A DNA stretch of 64,000 nt from assembly GCA_009103225.1 (NCBI GenBank), contig RHPI01000818.1, positions 186,001 through 250,000 on the forward strand. The letters are read 5' to 3'. How positions within the stretch are numbered: the stretch's first letter is position 1; each line of letters begins with the position of its first letter. This document shows, one piece after another, positions 48,016 to 62,025 of the stretch. A model generated the notes under the pieces. The model was given only the letters and a program-made list of their open reading frames with translations. It was not told where the DNA came from and did not search any database. The DNA is from Chlorokybus atmophyticus. Taxonomy: Eukaryota; Plantae; Mesostigma and Chlorokybus algae. The translations under genes and the position numbers were made by a program.

Positions 48016-48993
48016 CCTTGCACCGCTAAACGGGAGGGCCTGCTGAAGCTTCCCCAGCTTGCATGCACACAGAGACGCACAAAGCCACATATTTGGCCAA
48101 GGCATTTTTGCAGCCACAGCACTGTAGAGCGACTTACGACACCAAGTACCGCGCAGCCCAAAAAAGTCGATAACAACCCCAGGTCGCGCTTTACAACAAT
48201 CGCTCGTTTCGCCAAGGAAAGCTACCCGTCCACGGAATACCGCTGTTGATCTGACCGGAATCGGGCGGGATCTTCCGAGTAGCCCCTCAGAGCCAATGGC
48301 AGCTGTGCACGCAGGAGTGTACAGTGCGCATTGCGGGGTTGGCGAGGGTTTTGCGGACGGGCGTCACTGCCGTACCAGGCCCATGCTCAACAAGGAAACA
48401 CGTGGCGACTGGCTCGAGAACCTTCCGGATGACCATGTGACGTGCCGAGCAGGGAAGAAAAGGGGAAGCCATCATTACACGAGTCCGCAGAGGGTCGTTA
48501 CGGCGCTTTTCACATGATTCTGGCTGTGCAATTGACAGGTCACGTGAAAACATGTGACAAGTCTCGCTGGCTCGACCAATTGGGCTGATTCGCGCCCTTC
48601 AAACAGCACTCAACGTTGATTTGATTCTCGGCGCAGAAACGGTGCAGTAACTGTGCACAGCGTACGCTCAGATCAGATGTACCCAGCGTTCGATGTTTTG
48701 TACGACTCGTACTCTTACCTTCAGCCTGCTGATTGGCCCATAGCGCTGTCGGCCGTGTCACATAGTCAGTGTACGTACCGGAACGGGGGTACAGCGCTGT
48801 ACCCTATCGTACGCACGAGGCAGGCGTTGCGTGCGAAAGTGAACAAATGAGCCATTTGCGTGCAGAGCAACATCATTGTGTTGTTGCTTTGTTTGTCAAG
48901 CGGCGGCGGCGGCGGTTGTGAGGTTAGAGTTGTCGCTGTGCTTGTGATTGTAGCTGAGTTTGGCTCGCTGTTGTCGTTGTCGTCGTCTTCAAG

Positions 48994-49404
48994 ATGCCCG
49001 GCTTCATGCCCGCCCCAATGGTGTTCTTCCAGCACCAGCATCAGCACCAGCACCACCACGCTGTTACTGCAACAGCTCCTGCTGCAGTCAATCCCAAGGC
49101 GGTTCAGTTGCAAAAGGTCGACCAAGCGCAGATCAACATGCAGTACAACAACAAGGTCGTCCCTGAGTCCAACGTCCCTCTCCCGCCCTTCGACGCCCAG
49201 CGCTGTGCTGCTGCTGTTGCCGCTGCTGAAGAGAGCCAACAACCTCACAAGGGTGAGAAATTGTTTCGAAATGTTCGACTTTGACCTGTTACAAGTGTAC
49301 AGCTTAGTGTTGAAGCTTTGTCCGCAGCTCACTTGAGCGTCGCTTGTGACTTGAGTGCTTATATATCTGTTAATGCAGGGGTGTGGCCATATGTTGGGTG
49401 GTGA
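48994..49404 (+). CDS. Candidate about 94-aa His/Gln-rich small protein with spliced 3' region
   Basis: ATG in AAGATGC context; MPGFMPAPMVFFQHQHQHQHHH..QINMQYNNKVVPESNVPLPPFD..; donor at 49253 and acceptor at 49378 give GVWPYVGW*; further donor at 49506 and acceptor at 49637. No family recognised. Confidence 0.4.
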
Positions 49405-50441
49405 TGTCAGTTGCGCCGCCGTTAAAGGCGGAGGGATTGTGTACAGCCCCAGTATGGGTGAAGCAGGAGCTTACTGCAAGCGCTAGATTTTGTTGCTCGC
49501 AAAAGGTATGTTTATTTTTGTCTTAGGAATTGATCAAACGCTTGCTGCTGTTGGCTTCGCTACTGTGTTGTTTGGACTGGAGTGGGTCAAGTATCAACAA
49601 TGGATGCTAAATGTGGTCACTCTGTCTGTGTCACAGATGCGAGAGCGAAGTAGGTAGCATTGAGGTGATAGCCTCTCGCGTGAAGAAAAGCCCCCATAAA
49701 AACTCTACTACTACTCTCAAAGAGAAAGAGGAGCAGAGCAAGCAGAAGCTTGCAGCTCAGGCAAGCATCAAGCCAAAGTCAACAATGAAAAAAAGGGAAA
49801 AAATCCCACCAAAAAAAGATCAAGAGGTTCTTACTCCAGCGTCGCTGTATTGGTGGACACTGCCAGGCGTGAGAAGTTGGAGGGTGTAACTACTGCTGTA
49901 CATACTAGCTGCTTTAGAAGAGGCAGGCAGATAGGCCTTACTTTCTCTTCATATCGTTTATTGCTGCTGTTAGGTGTTACGGTTGCCGCCATTGGCAATA
50001 ATTTTGTGTGGAAGCTTATAGGCTTCGCGTTAGGTTTTTATGGGACTGTAGCTGCTGCTTGTTAAGTTTGCGCAAGGCAGGGCTAGGTGAATTGCAGTTT
50101 TGCTAACTTTCTAACTTCCTAGTATATCTGAATTGAAATCAAGATATTGGCTTGTTGCCTGCCACAATGCGCATTCTGTTTGCATATGTTGCGACAGGTT
50201 TACAAGAGATGGTATGTGCTGCGACAGGTATATGAGAGATGGTATGCTAGAATGATGTGTCTGCACATTGACATACCATTTGTTATTCCGAAAATAGCGC
50301 GTATGCAATGATTGTTGTACATAAAGCACACAAAATAGTTACGATCCCTTTATATGTATGGAGTGTCTGCTTTGCACACAATGGCAGTCAGAAGTGGTAC
50401 ACAACACGCGTGCACCCACACAGTGGTATGCTGCGCAATGA

Positions 50442-52817
50442 CTAGCTAAAGTATATTGGTTTCGCTCGTGCTGATCGCGGTGACTCAGGTGGTCTCTCGG
50501 GTAGCTCGTCCGCCGTCCTCCATCTAACAGCATTCATACCAACCATCATGATTGCCCATGCACGCATACGCGCGCATACACACTCCCAAACATGTGCACG
50601 CCACCTCCGCCCACCCACTCACTCCCACACACAACACGCACACACACACATACCTGACGTCGGTGACGAGTTCGGGGGCGTGGTGCACGCGGACGTCGCC
50701 GGCGGCGCGCTCGTGGCGCGACATCGAGTTCGAGTAGTGGAGTAGTGAGGGTGATGACGGAGACAGGGGATGCAAGGCTAGTGGGGTCTTGGGTTTGGGA
50801 AAGTGAGTCGTTGGGCCTCTACTCATCTCCTGCGTGTGCATCTTAGTGAGTTTGTGTATGAGAGAGAGAGAGAGAGAGAGNNNNNNNNNNNNNNNNNNNN
50901 NNNNNNNNNNNNNNNNNNNNNNNNNNNNNNNNNNNNNNNNNNNNNNNNNNNNNNNNNNNNNNNNNNNNNNNNNNNNNNNNNNNNNNNNNNNNNNNNNNNN
51001 NNNNNNNNNNNNNNNNNNNNNNNNNNNNNNNNNNNNNNNNNNNNNNNNNNNNNNNNNNNNNNNNNNNNNNNNNNNNNNNNNNNNNNNNNNNNNNNNNNNN
51101 NNNNNNNNNNNNNNNNNNNNNNNNNNNNNNNNNNNNNNNNNNNNNNNNNNNNNNNNNNNNNNNNNNNNNNNNNNNNNNNNNNNNNNNNNNNNNNNNNNNN
51201 NNNNNNNNNNNNNNNNNNNNNNNNNNNNNNNNNNNNNNNNNNNNNNNNNNNNNNNNNNNNNNNNNNNNNNNNNNNNNNNNNNNNNNNNNNNNNNNNGGAG
51301 AGGGGGAGGGGGAGGGGGAGAGGGAGAGCGAGAGCGAGAGAGAGAGGGAGAGGGGGAGGGGGGGAGAGGGAGCGGGAGAGAGAGGGGGAGAGAGGGAGAG
51401 GGAGAGAGTGCTTGTGTGCCTTTGGTGAAGGCGGATGCTGTGCCAGCCTCGCTGCCTCCAACACCTCCTCCTGATTCAGCTTCGCCTCCATCTGGAACTG
51501 CGCCTTCAGCTCCCTCGCTTCCTATACACACAGCAACACTTGTACCCCCCACAACTAACTCACAATTGCGCAGATCACTGTTGACGCTCGTCACGTATGC
51601 AGATGACTGCTGCGTTACAAGCCAGGCAATACAAGTGGCAGCACAGCAGGTACCTGGCACAGTGCGCATGTGTGCGAGAAGCAATGCGTGCAGCAGTCGC
51701 TCTTCGGCAACTCCTGCAAAGATGAGAGTGCACACATGCCCACAGTGAGAAGAAGCACGACACACTCACCCACCAGCCACCTATTCAGAACAACACGTCA
51801 CACACGTACACATCCACCTCAAACCCACCCACCCACACTCACCCACCTACCTTCAGGTTGTAGTAATGCCTAATGCGCGTTCGGTGTCCGTACGCGATAA
51901 TCGGCACGGGCGTGCACGCGTGGGCGCACGGTCCCAACACTGGCGCCAGCAGGCAGCCGATCGCGCCGCCCAGCAGGCAGTGGAGCAGGCACGGGGACCA
52001 GCAGGAGCGACCGGGAGGACGGGAGATGGCCTCCACGTTGTAGCCGAAGAGTATGCAGGGGCAGCAGAGACCCAACCAACCTGGGAGACGGAGTGTGGGA
52101 TGGGGAGAGGTACTTTGCGTGTGGTTGCATAGTTTGGCGTGCGCAGATGCAAGTGCATAATTGAACTTGCATCTGTGCATGTGTACGTGCACAATTGCAA
52201 GATGACATGCACACGCACACACATGCGCGACGACAGTTACATACATATGTGTATACGCACATACGCACGCACATGCCCACCTACACACCATTACATTTTA
52301 CATACGTTGACGCATATGCACTCCCGCACGCACATGCCACATACATGCACTCACAAGCACTGGCCCACAAACCCACCAATATGACAATTACGCGCACGCG
52401 CTCGCGCGCACACACACGTCCACTTGCATGCTTACATATCTCCTCGTCTGAGCAGCAGGCGCATATGTGTGTGTGCCATGGGCTGGGCCGCCAGTCGTGG
52501 GGGTTGCGGCGGCGGGCCAGGGGGGTGCCGCCACCGCCGTCCAGATGCGCATCCGCCGGCTTCAACCCGTCTGTGCAAGAATGACGAGTCTCATACTGTT
52601 ATTGTCACCACTGACTGACTCTATGGGCAATTGAAGCAATGTTGACAACCGTCTTTCAACACATGTTACTGCGTTAAGACCTGTCTACTGTGCATCAGTC
52701 GCGTGCTAATGACCTCATGTCCCCAACCTATGCGCACGCACGTACACGCACACCTGCTATGGCTCGCCTGGCGTTGAACACGCTTCCGCTGATGGGCTCA
52801 TTCACAGGCCCGTCCAT
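50442..52817 (-). CDS. PLAC8-family (PCR/CNR/FW2.2-like) Cys-rich membrane protein with long C-terminal tail; one intron spans the N gap
   Basis: W..HICACCSDEEI/CWLGLCCPCILFGYN..R.RIR..YNL/..DCCTHCFSHTCALCQ/EAREL is the PLAC8 signature. Start 52817 and tail exons are inferred. Confidence 0.85.
50881..51296. other. Assembly gap (416 N) flanked by GA-rich simple repeats
   Basis: Directly visible. Confidence 1.
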
Positions 52818-53290
52818 CCCAACACCGCAGTGACTCCAACCGAGGCAACTCACCAACACAACACAACACAACACAACAAGCCGACAGCGTATAAGCTTAT
52901 CGTATCCCAACCAAACCTAGATTATCCCAACACAACCCACAATCAAAACAGTGCAGCATCAGTATCACTGCTTCTGAGCAATCAATCTGCTTCTGAGCAA
53001 AGCTGCCTGATGACCAAGTCCTGTTCTTCATTCACTCACAGCGGCTGTGTGTAGGTACCTAAGTCAGATGCGTTACTACTACTCTACAACAAACCACCTC
53101 GAGTCACGTGACCTTCCATTCCTAAACTGCAACAAGCACAACCTGTCGCACACAAGTGTTATGTTGGGTTCCGAGTTGAGCCGGATCAGCTGCCTTCAGC
53201 CCGTCCGACCCCGATCATGCCCGGCTTTTCCACCGGTCGCGTCGACAGATTTCCTCGTCTCTTGCCGTCGTTACGCCGAGGGTTCAGCGA

Positions 53291-53334
53291 CGGCCACGTC
53301 ATGGCTGGAGTTGGCTCAGACCCGCGGCCACGTC
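53291..53334. promoter_or_regulatory. Pair of identical ACGT-core elements (CGGCCACGTC, i.e. GACGTGGCCG) between the divergent PLAC8 and FtsH2 genes
   Basis: CGGCCACGTC at 53291-53300 and 53325-53334; telo-box-like ATTAGGGTTT at 53465-53474. Motif match only. Confidence 0.35.
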
Positions 53335-53547
53335 GAGTAGGAGATACGGCTAAAACAGATATCGCAGATATATCCTGATGGCAGGTAAGCCTGCCGATAT
53401 CGAGCATGGACAGGCGATTGTATACTCCACGTAATTATTGGCTGCGAGAATTGGCTGTGAGTGGATTAGGGTTTGAGTGATGTACGTACACTGCACTCAG
53501 GAGACATAGTGAGGGTGTGGGACAAGGTGTTGGTCAAGGCAGCGAGG

Positions 53548-56394
<2,847 letters not shown>

Positions 56395-59081
56395 AGGGGA
56401 GTGTTGTAGCGCTATCTCGTAATACAAACAGCCATAGCCCAAACAACCATACGTGTACAGTATTGTCTAACGCTGTGAAATTTACATTTGGTTTCAGCTG
56501 AGTATGTGGCTGTGCTTGCCTTGGTGGCAACATCGGGTGTCAAGTATCATGCAAGAGTAGGGTTTTACTGCAGAATTTGTGTGGACTGTGTCAAGTAGCT
56601 CAAGCACGTTGACCAGCTATGCATGGGTGCAGCTTTTCATGCAGCATGAATGTATCATGGTGAATAGACATTTGCCAAGAATAGTAAAAATTGCACAAGA
56701 GGGTATCAAAGCAAAGGTAGCCTACTCTTGTGGTGCATGCAACGCGAAAAGGTATACTATTGCAATCCCATACCTCATGCATGCTATACCTAACTTTATT
56801 GTTTCACGCCAAATGCTTCTGCCCGCTGCTGCATCATGTAGGCTCACAAGGTACTGCGCATGATGTTACACTAAGCCATGTGTGATGCATGCTATGAGAG
56901 TGTGTAAACATTGGTGCTGGCTTAAACCCTTTCGTATGTTGTGCTATGCCATACACCCTTACACCATCACTCACTAGTATCCATCATATCTCTAAGTGCT
57001 CCACGCAACCACATCCATAAGTACAGCCATACAGCCATCAACCCCGCCCTCAAATACCACTTGCAGCGCGGTCGCCGCAGTTAGCAAGTGGGTATACGAA
57101 TATGATTGCGTCACGCCCAATACGTGTTGCTGCATAGCATCACAACACTAGCAAACAATCCAGATGCTAGGTTGTAAGTTCAGCTTGTATACTTGTCTTA
57201 TTGTGTGCGTGTCATTGCTTTCCATGATGCATGTGATGCATGTAATTGTGCACAAGTGTGCATTGCATGTCATAAAACGAACTTTGACAATAGTCTTGTA
57301 CTTGTGGGCATTCATCTCTACCCTCTACACCACATCAGCAATAGCATTGCACCTGCTGAACATATGAGTACAACTTGATTAGCATTCACTTGGTTTGAAT
57401 CCATGCGCTGCTGGTGTATGTTGGAGTCGCTGGTATAGCTGGTACTTGACATGTTTTAATAACTTTATAATAAACTTTATATCTACCGCAAAATTGCAAT
57501 GGTCTGAATTGAGTGCCAGCTATCCAAGTTGCCTTTTGAGAACAATCGTTAACAGCGATGACGAGCCACTCGCCGTCCATTTGCGAGGTGTGAGTTCACG
57601 CTCCTTCAAGAAGCGTGAAGGGTAGTGGTAATACCATTACCCCTCAAGATGCTAGAGGGGAACACACTATTAAACATATTATGCTATCTTCTCGCAAGAA
57701 ATACCACTTATCTACTTATACCGATAATAAGATGTGCTATAAAAAAAAACTGCATCACAAAATATGCGTTGATGTGTCGAGTACAATTATTGCGTGTGTC
57801 CTCTGTGTGTGGTGCCTATCTCATAATAAAGTGCGACCTAGAGTACATTACGCCTTAAAGGAACTCCGCAGGTACCGTATTGGGAAAGGAGGGGGGGAAG
57901 GGGGGGGGTAACTTTCCAAGTTGTTCACTGTACTATACTTTTGAGCCAAAAGTATCACTTACCAATTTTTTGCAAGTCATCGCAGATCAGCATGTGGTTG
58001 TTCGACTCTGCTTGTAACCACTTACACTATTGTGTGTAATTTGGTACTATATTATATTACTGGTAGTGACATCGTAAAGTTCAATTGCTGAATCAACTTA
58101 AATTTTATGTTCAATGGTAAATATTAAGTTTCTGTTTTGATGACATGCATTGTTTAAGTGATGACATTAAGCATGAAGTGCAGTATACAGCGTTTACATA
58201 AATAATGCTTGCATCATGTTGGCTTCACAGTGTAAACTTTAAAAAACTTGTGCAGGAGTTTTATCGGTGTAGTGAAATGTATGTATACAATGCAACAAAC
58301 AAATCCGACAAGTTCATCAAGCTTTGTTAACATGCCGCAGTATGAAAGTTCGTAGTTAGTATTTGTATGACGAACAATATGTTATTGTAATTGTAAGCAA
58401 AAAACAAAAAGCAAATTAGTTGCGTGTTCAAGCACATTAGCTGCGTGTCAATGCAACAATGCGACACACAATTGAGATGTACAGTGCCTTCCAAGTTGCT
58501 TATGCTCTAATTGCATCTCTCAAGGTGGGGTATCAACATCATTGACATTATAACCACATGTTGGTCATGCAATCAACTCTTTGTGATGCGCAGCTGTGTT
58601 TTCATAACAGAATGTTGGGCAGTGGTATGGTAGGATTGCACGAAGAGGTAGCCGAACCTAGTCAACTCATAAGAGTAGGTTGGACGAAATACAAACAATG
58701 TCTATAACATGCATAACTGCATTATACATCTACATTGGCACCAACAATGCCCATCATTATGCTCATAATCGCACTCTTCAAGTGTACTACAATAATGGCG
58801 TGTAAGACAACAACATATGATTGCAGCGTAGCTGCGGAAACGTTGTGTACACCATGCATTTATGTGGGCTTCCTTGATGCTGCAATGATGCATGTCCAAC
58901 GCAACGACTACCGACAAGGGGTGCCGCACACAACCTGTCTGATACGCTGCACAATGTGTGCAATGCCCACATGCAACACTTGCTGGCACTCAACACGAAA
59001 CAATATTGCCTAGGCTACAGCTTATGCCATGACTACTTAAAGAACAGGACCAATATGCATCCGTTTGAAATGTTTTGTACT

Positions 59082-61784
59082 TTAAGGTTTGGCATCCACC
59101 AACCTAGTAGCAACGAATGCTATTAGCTCCCAGGCAGCTTCAACGTGCCGTAGCTCTGTCATTGCTGCACCAATTGCGATTCGCAAAGTGAAAATCCCCG
59201 ACAGCACCTGAATCAATAGAACCTATCAACACTAAAACCATGCTGCCAATCGCACACCAGGAAGGGCAAAAACAACGACGAGCCAACGCAAAAGGTCTGT
59301 CAACAAGGATGTCAAACAGGCCTACTCACCGTGTGCGTCATGAAAAGTTTGCCCGTGTCATTCACTGCATCCAACAACTGCTGGTTGATAACATTGCCGT
59401 CTGCGTTACGGTCAGCGGGCGGCTTCAGTCTGAAGCAGACGAGGGAGAACAGCGTTGGAGCCAAACTCTGCAATGGGAGCTGCATGAGTATATAAACTTG
59501 CATACACAAGGGCAACACTCTGTCTGTAGTATGCCCACTACTCTGGTGCAGAGCAGGAAGTGTACAACATACCTCAAATCTATCGTCCTTCAACACCCAC
59601 GACTCGAAGAGCTTGGCATACTCGCAATGCTTGCGTATGTGTGTGCGCAGCCCCTTCAATCCATACGCGCGCAGCACAAACCACAGCTTCAATGCCCTGC
59701 CCAACTTGTCATGATGAGCACACAACTCAGACGAAGAGTCAGAACATGCAAACAGCCATGCCTGCAGCTCAGCACTTAATGCAAGTCACATACAGCAGAA
59801 AGGGCGAATCCCACTGAATACACCCAACCATCACCTGAAGCGGCGGCCTAGCGGTATCTGCCAATCTTTGTAATCCACTACCAAGCCGGTGTCTGATGCC
59901 GCATTCCGCAAGAACACTTGCTGCACAGACAAGGCAGCTTGCAGCCAGCTGGCGTCCTGCAAATTGTGTTCAGCTGGTCAACAAATCATGTTCTGCACCC
60001 TCTGTGTCAAGCAAAACAAGACAATCTACCACACTCCCACATCAGCTGTCCTGACAATGCAATGCACAATAGAGCGAGAATGCATCAGAAAGCAACCTAT
60101 GCTTAGTGTCTGACCTTCACCCACAAAGCAGAACAATCAAAGTTGGTCAGCAGCCACTTGTGCGCATTGACGCCAAGCGAATCAGCGAGCTCAACGCCGT
60201 CAAGGTAATGTCTGTATTCGGGACAGATGAGGGCGCTTCCAGCATAGGCTGCGTCAATGTGAAACCACACATCTTCTCTGCTTGTGATGAGCGCTAGCTC
60301 TGCGATGGGGTCCACTGCGGTGGAGGAAGTCGTCCCCACTGTACCCATGAGAAAGAAAGGTATGAGACCGGCTGCGCGGTCATCAGCTATCTGACTAGCA
60401 AGTACTTCTGGCCTGAGGGCATAGTTGTCCTCTCTCTCTGTGGGAAGATAGCGAAAGTTGTCCACGCTTATGCCCGCAATCATGCAAGCCTTCTTGAGAC
60501 TCGGGAACCCGTGATCGGAGGTGTAGCACACAAGCTTCAAGTTGGCGTTGGCCCGACTCGCGTTGTCTTCACATGATTGCAATGCACGCGCTCGTGCAGC
60601 GAGTAAAGCTACCAATGCAGCCTCAGAAGCCGTGCCTTGTATGACGCCTCCGCCTTTGTGACCAGATGTAAGAAAGCTCTCAGGCAGCTGCAGGGCTTTG
60701 CCCAGCCAGTCCAACACAATCATCTCGAGCTCCGTGGCAGCGGGGCTGTTGATCCAGCTGAAACCGATCGTGTTAAAAGCCGCGGACAGAAACTCCCCAA
60801 GCATGCCGGGGTAGCTGCTGTTTGCAGGGTAGTACGCGAAGAAGTTGGGGCTCTGCCAGTGAGTGATGCCTGGCATGATGTGCGCCTGCACATCTTTTAC
60901 ACAGTTGGTGGCCAATCAGCCTAGATTACAAGACTACAGGCAATCAGGCAAACATGTAGATGTACGCATGTCTGCATACGTGTACGTGCACGTGTACGAA
61001 TTCTTTGTACACACACGTCGATATATGTGTGTTCATGTGTATGGCAACAAGAACACACATGCAAAAGCACATGTACACAAGCACAGGTAAACGTGTAAAC
61101 CTGTATGCCCACGCACATTTGCATACACGTGTATATGGGTGTTCGTACATACATGCGTCTGTCAACAGGCATGCGCATATGTGTACACGTGCACTAGACA
61201 GGCAAACATTCACGTGTAGAGGTACTCAACAGCGACCCACATGCTGTCCGCAGGTGTCCCGCTGCCAACCCTACCTTTCATGACCGCCTCCCATGGCTCG
61301 CCATCCTCTGGCGCATGGTCTGGCAGCAGTTCCTTCAGGAAGCCAGGCGACACCTGCATGCCCACCGTACCAATACCATCTCAACCAAGCAATGTGCGAC
61401 TGCAGGTGTTTACACTTTATTCTAACAAGCAGCAAACACAATCAAGCCGCACCTTGCTGCGCACAGGGTACTGCTCAATGTCTCTGTAGTAGTCCGCAAT
61501 GAAGTCCACCATGGCGTGGGCATGGGCACGGAACTCCTCGTTGCTCCACGGATGATGGGTGGCTCCATGCTCGCTTGTGCTCGTGTCACCTGATGAACGT
61601 CACAAACTCAACATGCACGTCTGCTATCCAGCATTGCTCCTTACTCAGGACAGCGAGCCAAGCCACAGAATGAGCAGCCACCAGCATGCTCAACTTAGAG
61701 CTCAGCACTAGCTGATCACACCCATCACGCCGGGGGACAGCCGCATTAACAGCAACTGACCAGAACCTCACCGTTCTCCGCCAT
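59082..61784 (-). CDS. Group II PLP-dependent aromatic L-amino acid decarboxylase family protein; active-site residues predict an aldehyde synthase or other atypical activity (about 8 exons)
   Basis: [94 protein letters not shown] (PLP Lys), [20 protein letters not shown]; stop at 59082. Confidence 0.95.
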
Positions 61785-62025
61785 GACCGCCGCAATTGGC
61801 GACACCGCCGACCACCACCACAGCGATGTTGCCGGCCCAGCTTGCACGTAAGCAAAACCCTGTTCTCGAAATGAACGTAGCACTATTGCTTACTCCAAAT
61901 TCTGTACGCGGAGCACTAGACCCGATATGCCTACACACAGGCCAAACTTTGTGGCGGAAACTGTAGCCAGCGACACTACACTACAGCAAGCACAGTAAGA
62001 GCATAATTTTCCATAGACCTGCACC

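Noticed and set aside
51418-51420. Apparent GC donor (AAG/GCACAC) in the PLAC8 gene
   Set aside because: The intron contains a 416-N gap that could hide a GT donor or another exon, so it cannot be called.
50524-51765. Long ORFs of 200-400 aa in the ORF track spanning 50.5-51.8 kb, and similar ones at 63.0-63.4 kb
   Set aside because: Artefacts of reading through N gaps and GA or C simple repeats.
57386-58989. AT-rich block with weak retroelement-like words (QFCGRYKV; DMHHCSIKEAHIN) and a G-rich tract near 57885-57910
   Set aside because: No convincing RT, RNase H or integrase motif and no terminal repeats. Treated as unclassified intergenic DNA.
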